64,000 bases of DNA from Candidatus Eiseniibacteriota bacterium (GCA_963776245.1 CAVZLN010000006.1:5215-69214); one strand, 5' to 3'; shown: positions 49,946-60,761, counted from the first letter of the stretch. Notes: generated from the letters alone by a model not told the origin. Translations and numbers: made by a program.

Positions 49946-51250
49946 ATGCAGCCGAACCCGCCTGTCACGTCCCTGATCTACGACTGGAACACCGCCGGCA
50001 ACGGCTATCCGCACCGCCCGCATCCGGTGGAGTTCGACGATGAGACGCTCCGCGACGGTCTCCAGTCGCCCTCGGTGCGGGACCCCGACATCGACACCAA
50101 GATCCGGCTGCTCCACCTCATGGACCAGCTCGGCATCCACACCGCCGACCTCGGCCTGCCGGGTGCCGGCCCGCGCGCGTGCGCGGACATCCTGCTGCTG
50201 TGCCGGGAGATCGTGCGCGCGCGCCTGCGCATCACTCCCAACTGCGCGGTGCGGACGGTGCGCGCCGACATCGAACCGCTGATCGAGATCTCGCAGAAGG
50301 TGGGCATCGCGATCGAGACGTGCGCCTTCATCGGCTCGTCCCCGATCCGCCAGTACGCCGAGGACTGGTCGCTCGACACCATGCTGCGGCTGACCGACGA
50401 GGCGGTGTCGTTCGCGGTGCAGAACGGGCTGCCGGTGATGTACGTGACCGAGGACACCACCCGCTCCACCCCCGAGACCATCAAGCGCCTCTTCACCACC
50501 GCGATCGCCGCCGGCGCGAAGCGCGTGTGCGTGGCGGACACGGTGGGCCACATCACGCCCCGCGGCGTGCGCAATCTCATCCCCTACGTGCGCCAGATCA
50601 TCCGCGAGACCGGGGAGGATATCAAGATCGACTGGCATGGCCACAACGACCGCGGCCTCGGTGTCATCAATACCATCACCGCGATGACCTCGGGCGTGGA
50701 CCGCGTGCACGCGACCGCGCTCGGCATCGGCGAACGCGTGGGCAACTGCTCGATGGACCAGCTGCTCATCAACCTGCGGCTGATGGGCTATATCGACAAC
50801 GATCTCTCGGCGCTGGCGGAGTACACCCGTGCCGCCAGCGAGGCCACCCAGGTGCCGATCCCGCCCAACTACCCGGTGTTCGGCCACGACGCCTTCCGCA
50901 CCGCCACCGGCGTGCATGCCGCGGCCATCATCAAGGCGAAGAAGAAGGGCGAGGACTGGCTCGCCGACCTCGTGTACTCGGGCGTGCCGGCCGGGATGGT
51001 GGGCCTGCACCAGCGGATCGAGGTCGGGTTCATGTCGGGCATGTCGAACGTCGTCTACTGGCTGCACGCGCACGGCTTCGAGGCCGAGGAGCGCCTGGTC
51101 GAGGCGATCTTCCGTGCCGCCAAGGAGCACAATCGCGTGCTCACCGACGACGAGCTCACCCAGATCTGCAAGTTCGAGAAGGCCGTCGAGCAGCGCCCGA
51201 TGACGATCGAGACCCTGGGCGCCTGGAAGCACGAGATCGAGGAGCCCTAG
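49946..51250 (+). CDS. HMGL-like family enzyme (2-isopropylmalate/homocitrate/citramalate synthase family)
   Basis: VEFDDETLRDGLQSP (DxxLRDGxQ), TIM-barrel region with HGHNDRGLG. 435 aa. Confidence 0.7.
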   Translation: MQPNPPVTSLIYDWNTAGNGYPHRPHPVEFDDETLRDGLQSPSVRDPDIDTKIRLLHLMDQLGIHTADLGLPGAGPRACADILLLCREIVRARLRITPNCAVRTVRADIEPLIEISQKVGIAIETCAFIGSSPIRQYAEDWSLDTMLRLTDEAVSFAVQNGLPVMYVTEDTTRSTPETIKRLFTTAIAAGAKRVCVADTVGHITPRGVRNLIPYVRQIIRETGEDIKIDWHGHNDRGLGVINTITAMTSGVDRVHATALGIGERVGNCSMDQLLINLRLMGYIDNDLSALAEYTRAASEATQVPIPPNYPVFGHDAFRTATGVHAAAIIKAKKKGEDWLADLVYSGVPAGMVGLHQRIEVGFMSGMSNVVYWLHAHGFEAEERLVEAIFRAAKEHNRVLTDDELTQICKFEKAVEQRPMTIETLGAWKHEIEEP

Positions 51251-51394
51251 CGCCAGACGATTGCGACGGACGTCGGTGCGCGGGTGGGTCCGAAGGAGGC
51301 ATCCCGGCGAAGCGGATTCATGCCTCCGCAGGACCCGCCCGCGCACCGACGTCCGTCGTCCGCATGGGCACTTGCTGCGCCGAGAGACCCGCGA

Positions 51395-52573
51395 TCAGAC
51401 GCGCTCGAGCAGCATCGCGAAGCCCATCCCTCCCGACACGCACAGCGTGGCCAGTCCGCGCCGCGCCTGGCGCCGGCGCATCTCGTGGAGCAGCGTCACC
51501 ACGATGCGCGTCCCGGTGGCCCCGATCGGGTGCCCCAGGGCGATGGCCCCGCCGTTCACGTTGAGCCGTTCGCGGTCGAAGCGCAGTTCGCGGTCGCACG
51601 CCAGCACCTGCGAGGCGAACGCCTCATTGAGCTCCACCAGATCGATGTCGCCGAGCGCCACCCCGGTGCGCGCCTCCAGCCGGTGCACCGCCGGCACCGG
51701 ACCGATCCCCATGATCTCGGGCGCCACGCCCGCGGTCGCGAACCCCGCGAGGCGCGCCCACGGCGTGACCCCATGGCGCGCCGCGGCGTCCGCCGACATC
51801 ACCAGCACCGCGGCCGCTCCATCCGTGATGCCCGAGGAATTGCCCGCGTGCACGCTCCCGCCCTTCTTGAACACCGCCGGCAGCTCGGCCAGCGCCGCGG
51901 CCGTCACCCCGTCGCGCGGATGCTCGTCGGCCTCGACCCGCGTGGTCCTGCGGCCGTCCGCCACCTCCACCGCGACGATCTCGTCGGCGAACCGGCCGGC
52001 GCGGCGCGCGCTCTCGCACCGCTGCTGGCTCGTCGCGGCGTAAGCGTCCTGCTCCGCGCGCGGGATCGCGTACTGTTCCGCCAGCGTCTCGGCGGTCTCG
52101 CCCATGATGCGGCCGCTCAGCGGGCAGAGGAACCCGTCCCGGTACATGCCGTCGGTGAGCTCGCCATGGCCGAGCCGGTAGCCCCAGCGCGCCCGTTCGA
52201 GCATGTAGGGCACGCGGCTCATGGACTCGGTGCCGCCCGCCAGCACCACGTCGGTCTCGCCATCGCGGATGATGCGGGCCGCCGACAGGATGGCCTGGAG
52301 ACCAGAGGCGCACGCCATGTTGATCGTGAAGGCCGGTGACTCGTCGGGCACTCCCGCGCGACGCCCGACCTGGCGCGCCGGGTTCGGGCCGCCCCCGGCC
52401 TGACGCGCGTTGCCGAACACCGTGTAGCCCACCGCGGCGGGCGCGAGCCCCGCGCGCTCCAGGCTCGCGCGCGCGGCACAGCCGCCGAGCTCGGCCGCGG
52501 TGAGCGACGCGAGCGCGCCGCCGAAGCGGCCGATCGGGGTCCGGACGGGGGATGCGAGGACGATCTCGGTCAT
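51395..52573 (-). CDS. acetyl-CoA C-acyltransferase (thiolase II)
   Basis: SPVRTPIGRFGG...NMACASGLQAI...GHPIGATGTRIVVTLLHEM...CVSGGMGFAMLLE. Confidence 0.85.
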   Translation of the reverse strand: MTEIVLASPVRTPIGRFGGALASLTAAELGGCAARASLERAGLAPAAVGYTVFGNARQAGGGPNPARQVGRRAGVPDESPAFTINMACASGLQAILSAARIIRDGETDVVLAGGTESMSRVPYMLERARWGYRLGHGELTDGMYRDGFLCPLSGRIMGETAETLAEQYAIPRAEQDAYAATSQQRCESARRAGRFADEIVAVEVADGRRTTRVEADEHPRDGVTAAALAELPAVFKKGGSVHAGNSSGITDGAAAVLVMSADAAARHGVTPWARLAGFATAGVAPEIMGIGPVPAVHRLEARTGVALGDIDLVELNEAFASQVLACDRELRFDRERLNVNGGAIALGHPIGATGTRIVVTLLHEMRRRQARRGLATLCVSGGMGFAMLLERV

Positions 52574-52755
52574 CGAAAGGCTCCTGAAAGGGCGGACGGC
52601 GCGCGGGCGCGGGCTCGGACGGGGCGCACTATAGCATCGGCTCGCGCCGCGGGCGCTCGGGGCGGGCCCCTCGCTCACGCGCCGCGGGGCTGTCGTGCTA
52701 GCGTGGGCGGCCCCGCTCACCGACCCATCGCTTCCCCCCGGAGGACGCACCCGCC

Positions 52756-53289
52756 ATGGCCGACGAGAAGAAGGAACCCTGGCTCAATTACCTCGCGCTC
52801 ACCACCATCGTCCTCGCGGTGTGCGCCACGCTCTCGACGTTCAAGGGCAGCTCGTATTCCACCCGTTCGGTGATGAGCCAGACGCTCGCCGCCAACCAGT
52901 GGGCGTACTTCCAGGCCAAGAGCCTCAAGGGCTACCTCTACGAGATCCAGAAGCAGGAGTTCGAGATCGAGATCGCGACCAATCCGGACCGCTGGCCGGC
53001 GGCGACCGTGGCGCGCTACCGCTCGCTCGCGGACCGTTACGGGGCGGAGATCGCCCGCTACGACGAGGAGAAGCGGCAGATCCAGGCTGAGGCGAAGCGG
53101 CTCGAGGCGCGGCGGGACCATGCCCAGCGCCACTCGCAGGCGTTCGGGATCGCGGTCATCTTCCTGCAGATCGGCATCCTGCTCTCGTCGGTCGCCGCGC
53201 TGCTCAGGAGGAAACCGCTGTGGTGGTTCGGCATGGCATCCGGGGCGGCCGGCATGTATCACTTCGCCTACGGGTTCCTCGCCCCTTGA
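52756..53289 (+). CDS. DUF4337-like small membrane protein
   Basis: Two TM helices at the ends (LNYLALTTIVLAVCATL; FGIAVIFLQIGILLSSVAAL) around a charged helical middle. Confidence 0.5.
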   Translation: MADEKKEPWLNYLALTTIVLAVCATLSTFKGSSYSTRSVMSQTLAANQWAYFQAKSLKGYLYEIQKQEFEIEIATNPDRWPAATVARYRSLADRYGAEIARYDEEKRQIQAEAKRLEARRDHAQRHSQAFGIAVIFLQIGILLSSVAALLRRKPLWWFGMASGAAGMYHFAYGFLAP

Positions 53290-53328
53290 GCATCCCGGAA
53301 GCGACGTCACGGACCCGCATGTGAGAAC

Positions 53329-53742
53329 ATGGCGCCCATGCTCGAACGTCGGTTCCCCCGCTCCATCGATTCGCTCGAAGCGCTGTTCGCCTGGGTGCGT
53401 GAGTTCCTCGCCGCCGAGGGGCTCGACGAGTCACGCGCGTTCACGCTCGACCTGGTGGCCGAGGAGCTGTTCACCAACCGCGTGAAGCACGCGCGCGGCG
53501 GTCGCGACCTCGCGCTCACGCTCGCGCGCGCGGGGGACGTCGTGGAGCTCACAGTGCGCGACCCCGGCGGCACGCCGTTCGACCCCATGCAGGCGCCCGC
53601 GGCCGGGCTCGACGGCCCGCTCGAAGAGCGCCGCGCCGGCGGGATGGGGCTCCATCTGGTGCGCGCGCTCGTGAGCGAGCTCCGCTATCATCGCGACGGG
53701 GGCGACGACGTGCTCACCGCGCTCGTTCGACCGGAGGACTGA
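53329..53742 (+). CDS. anti-sigma regulatory factor (RsbW/SpoIIAB-type Ser kinase, HATPase_c)
   Basis: ELFTNRVKHA...GGMGLHLVRALVSEL. Confidence 0.7.
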   Translation: MAPMLERRFPRSIDSLEALFAWVREFLAAEGLDESRAFTLDLVAEELFTNRVKHARGGRDLALTLARAGDVVELTVRDPGGTPFDPMQAPAAGLDGPLEERRAGGMGLHLVRALVSELRYHRDGGDDVLTALVRPED

Positions 53743-54026
53743 TGTTCGAGATCCGCACCACCCCTGATGGGACCGTCCATCTCCTGGGCCGCCTCGACGC
53801 GTCCCAGTCCGACGCCGCGATGGAAGCCCTCTCCCAGCTCGCCGGACCCGTGGTGCTCGACTGCGCCGGGCTCGACTACATCTCGAGCGCCGGCCTCGGC
53901 GCGCTGATCGAGACCTTCAAGCGCCTGCGGCTCAGGGGCCACACCCTCCGCCTGTCGAACGTCACCCCGCGGGTGAAGAGCGTGTTCAAGCTGGCGAATC
54001 TCGACACGCTGCTGGGCATCGAGTAG
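53742..54026 (+). CDS. STAS-domain anti-sigma-factor antagonist
   Basis: 94 aa. VVLDCAGLDYISSAGLGALI (conserved phosphorylatable Ser region). Confidence 0.8.
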   Translation: MFEIRTTPDGTVHLLGRLDASQSDAAMEALSQLAGPVVLDCAGLDYISSAGLGALIETFKRLRLRGHTLRLSNVTPRVKSVFKLANLDTLLGIE

Positions 54027-54212
54027 CCCCCGCGGGCCGGCCCACCCCTCCGGGCCTGACGATTTTCCTGCCGGCCGGAAGATTTCCCTTCGGACGCAGC
54101 CCCCCCACCGGTATCCTGCGCCCCGCGGAGCAGCGCCCCCGTTCCTGCCTCCTGCCGCGTTCCGCTGGCCGACGACGGATCATCCCCCCAACCTTTCGGG
54201 CGGATCCCTGTC

Positions 54213-54770
54213 TTGATGGATGAACGACGCGTGGAAGCCCTGGTGCGGAGGACCCTCGACGGGGACTCCCGGGCGTTCGGCGAGATCGTCGCCGAGCACC
54301 AGAAGGTCCTGTTCAACGTCGCGTTGCGGATGACCAACGACCGCGAGGACGCCGCCGATCTGGTGCAGACGGCGTTCCTCAGGGCCTACCGCAGCCTCGG
54401 CACCTGGGACCCGCGTCACCGGTTCTTCTCGTGGATCTACCGCATCCTCCTCAATGCCACGCTGGATCATCTGAGCCGCCGGCGCCCGCACGAGGAACTG
54501 GACGAGCGCCTCCCGTCGGGGGGGGCATCGCCCGAGGACCGGATCCACGAGCGCGAGATCGGGGAGATCGTGCAGGGGGCGCTGATGACGCTCGCGGTGG
54601 AGAAGCGGCAGGTGATCATCCTGCGCCACTTCCTGCAGCTGTCGCACCGAGACATGAGTGAGGCACTCGGTGTACCGGAGAAGACGGTCAAATCGCGCCT
54701 GCACGAAGCTCGGCGGGCGCTGGGCGCGATTCTCGAGCGGCGGGGGTACCACCATGACCATCCACGATGA
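54213..54770 (+). CDS. ECF (group IV) RNA polymerase sigma factor
   Basis: Region 2 (DLVQTAFLRAYRSL...FFSWIYRILLNATLD) and region 4 (ILRHFLQLSHRDMSEALGVPEKTVKSRLHEARRAL). Confidence 0.85.
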   Translation: MMDERRVEALVRRTLDGDSRAFGEIVAEHQKVLFNVALRMTNDREDAADLVQTAFLRAYRSLGTWDPRHRFFSWIYRILLNATLDHLSRRRPHEELDERLPSGGASPEDRIHEREIGEIVQGALMTLAVEKRQVIILRHFLQLSHRDMSEALGVPEKTVKSRLHEARRALGAILERRGYHHDHPR

Positions 54771-55536
54771 AGGCATCGAACGACTGATCCAGGAGGTGCT
54801 CGACGGCACCGCCAGCGACGCGGAGCGGACGCGCCTGCAGGACCTCCTGGCCCGCGACCCGGCGGTGCGCGAGCGCCATGCCGAGCTGGAGTCGCTGTTC
54901 CGAGCACTCTCCTCGGTCCCGAGCGCGGAGGCGCCCGCCGGCCTCGAGCCGGCGGTGATGCGCGCCGTCGCGGCCGAAGCGCGGGCCCACCCGCCGCGGA
55001 GCGGGTGGCTCGAGGCGGTCCGCGCCGCGTTGACGAGGCGGCCGGGGGTGTCGCTGGCCTACGGATTCGTGGCGGGGGCGCTCGTGGGCGCCACCGTCCT
55101 CGGCGTGATGACGGGGGGGCTCAGCCCGCGCGTGCGCGCTCAGCTGCCGGTTGCGGGCACCATGATGCCCATGCCGCCGCGCACCGCGGGCGCCCTCGTC
55201 GCCCGTGACGTGGTGCGGGTCGGGGACGCCAACGTGACTCTCGAAGCCCGGCGCGATGGCGCCACCATCGAGTTGAGCGTGGATCCGGGATCCGCGCCCG
55301 GGCTCGAGACCGAGGTGCTCTACGACGAGGCCAGGCTCACGACGCTGGGCGTCACCTGGTCGCGTCCCGGCAGGCACGTGCTCGACGTGACCGCCGGGCG
55401 TGCGGTGACCACCCAGAGCGGCGACGAGCCGTTCCGCCTCGCGCTGGCGGCGGCCGGCGAGGAGGCGCCGCTGCGCGTGCGGCTGCGCCGCGGGGCGGTG
55501 AGCGTGGAGCGCGCGCTCGAGGCCACCGCCCGGTGA
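54754..55536 (+). CDS. anti-sigma factor (N-terminal anti-sigma domain, one TM helix, periplasmic C-terminal domain)
   Basis: Overlaps the sigma-gene stop. TM segment LAYGFVAGALVGATVLGVM. Confidence 0.55.
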   Translation: MTIHDEGIERLIQEVLDGTASDAERTRLQDLLARDPAVRERHAELESLFRALSSVPSAEAPAGLEPAVMRAVAAEARAHPPRSGWLEAVRAALTRRPGVSLAYGFVAGALVGATVLGVMTGGLSPRVRAQLPVAGTMMPMPPRTAGALVARDVVRVGDANVTLEARRDGATIELSVDPGSAPGLETEVLYDEARLTTLGVTWSRPGRHVLDVTAGRAVTTQSGDEPFRLALAAAGEEAPLRVRLRRGAVSVERALEATAR

Positions 55537-55657
55537 GCGCCGCGGGGCACCCCGCCACCAACCTTTCGAACCGGTTGAAGTCATTCCCGACACGGACGAG
55601 GAGTCCACAAGGTCCGGCCCCTAGGAGCCGGTGGTACCAAGCCAGAGGGAGGAAGTG

Positions 55658-56641
55658 ATGAAGAACAACCGCATCATGATCATCGTGGCGATCGTGGCGA
55701 TCGGCGGCGCCGTGGCCTACTTCGGCCTCAAGGGCAAGTTCCCGCCCGCGAGCGGCACCGAGGGCGCGATCGGGGCGGCCAACCGCTACACGGCACAGCA
55801 GATCGCCGACCAGGACGTGGCGCTCAAGAACCCCGACGTCCAGGCCTTCCTCCAGAGCGACACGTTCCACCAGCTGGCGACCAACGCGGACTTCCGGACG
55901 ATGGTGAAGGACGGCGCGTTCAATCGGGTCGCCGAGTACATGGCGTCGAAGGAGGTCGAGGGGTTCATCAGCAACCCGCGCAAGATCGACGATGGCACCA
56001 GCGGTGCCGGCGCCCCGCGGCCTCGCCGCAACAACCCGCTCGGCCAGCCGTCGCGCTGGACCGGGGACCGCCTCGCCATCCTCGACGGTCTGCGGCTGGT
56101 GTCCGCGGACAAGAACGTGATCAGCATGCCGGCGGACCAGCGCCAGGTGCTGTTCTCGAAGGCGATGACGACCCTGCTGGCGGACCAGGCGTACGTCGCG
56201 ATGCTCGGCGACCAGGCGTTCCAGACCGCCGCGAAGAACGGCAAGCTCGACGCCCTGTCCGGCAAGCTCGGGGAGACCTGGGATCACTTCAAGATGGACC
56301 CCAATCAGCAGGTGCTGACGGCGGACAACGCCTGGGCGCCGATGGTCGGCGGAGACGCGCTCCACAACCTCATCGAGGAGCGCACCCAGTCCGTCCGCGC
56401 CGAGGAGAGCCACGCCCAGATGGGCGTCATCGACCTGCTCGCGATCGACGGCTTCGCGCAGATCTCGGACGGCTTCCGGGCGATCGCCTTCGACCCGGCG
56501 GTCCAGCAGATGGTGAGCCGGGACGAGTACAAGGTCGTGGACAACGCGGTGTTCGCCGACGCGCTGAACCATCCTCCCTTCATCGAGCTGCTCCGGGTGG
56601 GTGCGGACTTCGGGAAGCTGATCGGGCCGGAACAGCAGTAG
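55658..56641 (+). CDS. hypothetical N-terminally anchored protein
   Basis: MKNNRIMIIVAIVAIGGAVAYFGL TM anchor. Protein-like composition over 327 aa. Confidence 0.5.
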   Translation: MKNNRIMIIVAIVAIGGAVAYFGLKGKFPPASGTEGAIGAANRYTAQQIADQDVALKNPDVQAFLQSDTFHQLATNADFRTMVKDGAFNRVAEYMASKEVEGFISNPRKIDDGTSGAGAPRPRRNNPLGQPSRWTGDRLAILDGLRLVSADKNVISMPADQRQVLFSKAMTTLLADQAYVAMLGDQAFQTAAKNGKLDALSGKLGETWDHFKMDPNQQVLTADNAWAPMVGGDALHNLIEERTQSVRAEESHAQMGVIDLLAIDGFAQISDGFRAIAFDPAVQQMVSRDEYKVVDNAVFADALNHPPFIELLRVGADFGKLIGPEQQ

Positions 56642-56759
56642 TTCCAGTCGACGGTATCGTGACGACGCGGGTCGCCCACCGGGGCCCGCCGACCGGAGCG
56701 AGGAGGTCCTGCGGTGACGCCGCGGGATCTCCTCGCCGCACTGTGGACGCTCGAGGCCC

Positions 56760-59751
56760 ATGACCGACCGATCCCTCGCCCGAACCGCCGCGTGGTCGCT
56801 GCGCGCGGCGCTGCTCTGCCTCCTGCCCGTCCTCCCCCGCCCCGCGCTCGCCCAGTTCCACCTCACCGAGACCGGGGACCTGCGCCTCGCGTACTACGAG
56901 CGCACCCAGGGCTTCATCGTGCCGCACACCGCGCGCTGCTTCGAGAACGCGATGGCGTTCTACCGCCGGGTCCTCCACTACGCCCCCACCGAGCGCGTGA
57001 ACGTGTTCCTCGACGACACCGGGGACTACGGCAACGCGGGCGTCTGGGGCGCGCCGCGCAGCAGCATGATGGTGCAGATCGCGCCCGCCAACTTCGTGTA
57101 CGAGACCGCGCCCTCGAACGAGCGCATCAACTTCCTCATGAACCACGAGCTCGCGCACGTGGTCACCCTCGACCAGGCGGCGGGCCGCGACCGGCTCTTC
57201 CGGCGGCTGTTCCACGGCAAGGTGCGCCGAGAGCGCCGATCACCCCGAGACCATCTTCTACAACTACCTCACGCTGCCGCGGCGGGTCGCGCCGCGCTGG
57301 CACCGCGAGGGCGCGGCGGTGTTCTTCGAGACCTGGATGGCCGGCGGCTACGGCCGCGCCCAGGGCCCCTACGACGAGATGGTGTTCCGGTCGATGGTGC
57401 GCGACAGCGCGCACTTCTACGACCCGCTCGGGCTCGAGGCCGAGGGCGTGCGCGTGGACTTCCAGATCGGCGTGAATGCCTACCTGTACGGCACGCGATT
57501 CATGACCTACATGGCCTACCAGTACTCGCCCGAGAAGCTCGTGGACTGGGTCTCGCGCACGCCCGGCTCGCGGGCCTACTTCGCGTCGCAGTTCCGGCAC
57601 GTGTACGGGAAGTCGCTGGAGCAGGGCTGGCGGGAGTGGATCGACTGGGAACACGCGTTCCAGAAGGCGAATCTCGACTCGGTGCACCGCTTCCCCACCA
57701 CCACGTCCCGCGACCTGTCGCCGAGCGCGCTCGGCTCGGTCTCGCGCGCCTGCCTCGACTCGGCCTCGCGCACGCTCTACGCCGGCGTGAACTACCCGGG
57801 GACGGTGCCCTACATCGCGGCCCTGCCGCTCGACGGCGGCCCGCTTCGGAACGTGCGCGAGGTCAAGGGGCCGGCGCTCTACTTCGTGTGCTCGCTCGCC
57901 TACGACCCCGACGGCAAGGTGCTGTTCTACACCACCGACAACAACGAATGGCGCGACCTCAACCAGCTCGACCCGGCCACCGGCCGGACCCGGCGGTTGA
58001 TGAAGGACGCGCGCGTCGGCGACCTCGCCTTCAATCGCCAGGACCGTTCGCTGTGGGGCGTGCGTCACTTCAACGGCATCTCGACGCTGGTGCGGTTCCC
58101 CTATCCCTACAAGGACTACCACCGGGTGTTCGCGTTCCCGTACGGACGCGACCTCTACGACATCGACATCTCCCCCGACGGCACCCGGCTGGTGGCCTCG
58201 GTGCCCGAGATCAACGGCCGCCAGTACCTGCGGCTGATGAGCGTGCCCGCGCTGCTCGCGGGCGACACGACGTCGCGGGCGCTCTACGACTTCGGCAGCT
58301 CGATCCCCAACAGTTTCGTGTTCTCGCCGGACGGACGCTTCCTGTACGGCAGCTCGTACTACACCGGCGTCTCGAACGTCTTCCGGTACGATCTCGTCGC
58401 GGACTCCATGGACGTGATCACCAACGCCGAGACCGGCTACTTCCGCCCGGTGCCGCTGGGCGGCGACTCGCTGGTGGCGTTCCGCTATTCCGGCAAGGGC
58501 TTCGTCCCCACGCTGATCGCCGACCGTCCCCTGCGCGACGTGAGCGCCATCACGTTCCTGGGCCAGCAGCTGGCCGAGAAGCACCCCGTGGTCAAGACCT
58601 GGATGGTGCCTTCGCCGCTCAGCGTGAACCTGGACTCGCTCACCACGTTCTCCGGGCCCTACCGCCCCTGGAGCCGGTTCGGGCTCGCGGACCTGTACCC
58701 GGTGGTCGAGGGGTACAAGAACACCACCGCGGGCGGCCTCCACCTCGACTTCTCCGACCCGTTCTCGTTCCACCGCATCGAGGTCACCGCCAGCGTCACG
58801 CCGCAGGCGGCGGTGCCCGCGGACGAGCGCTGGCACGTGGAGGCGAGCTACCGGCACTTCAACACCGGCGCGAGCTTCCGCTACAACGCGGCGTCGTTCT
58901 ACGACCTGTTCGGCCCGACCAAGACCAGCCGCAAGGGCTACGCCCTGGGCCTCACCTACGGCGCCTCGCTGGTGCGCGACCATCCCCGCACGCTCGACTT
59001 GGATCTCGCGACCACCGGGTACGCGGGGCTCGAGCGCCTGCCCGATTACCAGAACGTCGCGACCTCGCTCGGTTTCGACAAGATGATCTCGAGCAGCGTG
59101 GAGCTGGCCTACAAGAACACGCGCTCGTCGCTCGGTTCGGTGGACGCGGAGAAGGGCGATCTGTGGCGGCTCGAGGCGTCCGTGAACAGCGTGCGCTACG
59201 ATCGCCCCGGGTACGCCACGTGGCGCAACTTCCCGCTGTTCGCGGGGGTGGCCGATCTCGGCACGCCGCTTCCCGTCGGACATTCCTCGGTGTGGCTGAG
59301 GAACGCGGCGGGCTACTCTCCCGGCGATGCGGACGAGCCATTCGCGAACTTCTATTTCGGCGGCTTCGGCAATAACTGGGTGGACCGGAACGATCCCAAG
59401 CGCTACCGCCAGTACGACAGCTTCCCCGGGATCCCGTTGAACGCGGCCGGAGGCACGCGCTTCGCGAAGAGCATGGTGGACCTGAACCTGCCGCCGCTGC
59501 GGTTCCGCCATCTCGGCACGCTGGACTTCTACGCCGCGTGGGCACGCCTGTCGGTGTTCGGGGGCGCGCTCGTCACCGATACCGGCCGGGACGCCACGCG
59601 ACGCACCCTCGGGAACGCCGGCGCGCAGGCGGATGTCCGCCTGTCCCTGATGATCCAGCAGCCCCTCACGTTCTCGTTCGGCTACGCCCGCGCGTTCGAG
59701 CGGCGGCAGCTTCCCACCGGAGAGTGGATGGCGTCCCTCAAGATCCTCTGA
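56760..59751 (+). CDS. large outer-membrane protein: TolB-like beta-propeller region plus C-terminal beta-barrel (frameshift near 57240-57320)
   Basis: Signal peptide in ORF 56760-59375 (AALLCLLPVLPRPALAQ). Remainder in ORF 57319-59751 has PD40/TolB-like repeats (DISPDGTRLVAS, FSPDGRFLYGSSY) and an amphipathic beta-strand-rich C-terminal third. Confidence 0.55.
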
Positions 59752-60761
59752 TGATCGTCCTCAGCCTGCTGGTGGGCCTGGTGCCCGTGCTGCTGTTCCT
59801 CGCCGCGCTCATGGTGATGGACAGCTACCAGCTCGTCACCCGCCGGTCGGTGGCACGCTCGCTCGCGATCGGCGCGCTGGCGGCGCTCGCCGCCCTGCTC
59901 GCGAACCGGGCGGCGGTGGCGGTGCTGCACCTCGACCCGCTGACGCTCAAGCGGTACGGGGCGCCGTTGATCGAGGAGGTGCTCAAGGTGGCGTTCGTGG
60001 TGTGGCTCATCCGGGCCGAGAAGGTGGGCTTCATGGTGGACGCCGGGGTCCACGGCTTCGCCCTCGGCACCGGGTTCGCGCTGGTCGAGAACGTGTACTA
60101 CGCCGGCGCGCTGCGGGACTTCGGTCCGCTGCTCTGGATCGTGCGCGGACTGGGCACCGCGGTGATGCACGGCTCCACCACCGCCATCGCCGCGATCCTC
60201 ACCAAGAGCCTCGCCGACCGCCACGATTCGCACGCGATCCGCTGGGCCGCGCCAGGGCTGGCGCTGGCGTTCGCGGCGCACTCGTTCTTCAACCATCTCA
60301 CCGTCCATCCCCTGACACTCACCGCGCTGCTGCTCGTCACCATGCCCCTGCTGCTGCTGGTGGTGTTCGAGCGCAGCGAGCAGGCCACGCGCCGCTGGCT
60401 CGGCGCCGGGCTCGACGCCGACCTCGGCACGCTCGAGCTGGTGCTGAGCGGCGAGGTGCACGAGAGCCGCGTCGGCCGGTACCTCGAGTCGCTCAAGACG
60501 CGCTTCGCGCCCGCCGTGGTGGCGGACATGCTGTGCCTGCTCCGCGTCCACCTCGAGCTGGCGCTGAGCGCCAAGGGCATCCTGATGGCGCGCGCGGCGG
60601 GCATCGAGATCCCGCTGGACGAGCACGTCCGCGCCAACCTCGAGGAACTGCGCTACCTCGGGAAGTCGGTCGGTCCCACCGGCCGCCTGGCGCTCATGCC
60701 CTTCCTGCGCTCCAGCCGCCGCGACCTCTGGCAGATCCATCTGCTGGGGTCGAGGCGATAG
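59751..60761 (+). CDS. PrsW-family intramembrane metalloprotease
   Basis: Multiple TM helices with the IEEVLK, FALVEN and HGSTTA motifs characteristic of PrsW. Confidence 0.65.
   Translation: MIVLSLLVGLVPVLLFLAALMVMDSYQLVTRRSVARSLAIGALAALAALLANRAAVAVLHLDPLTLKRYGAPLIEEVLKVAFVVWLIRAEKVGFMVDAGVHGFALGTGFALVENVYYAGALRDFGPLLWIVRGLGTAVMHGSTTAIAAILTKSLADRHDSHAIRWAAPGLALAFAAHSFFNHLTVHPLTLTALLLVTMPLLLLVVFERSEQATRRWLGAGLDADLGTLELVLSGEVHESRVGRYLESLKTRFAPAVVADMLCLLRVHLELALSAKGILMARAAGIEIPLDEHVRANLEELRYLGKSVGPTGRLALMPFLRSSRRDLWQIHLLGSRR

Noticed and set aside
48905-51346. 813-aa minus ORF treated as one gene
   Set aside because: Only the last 303 codons (SDR, 48905-49816) are protein-like; the upstream 500 codons are antisense to the HMGL-like gene.
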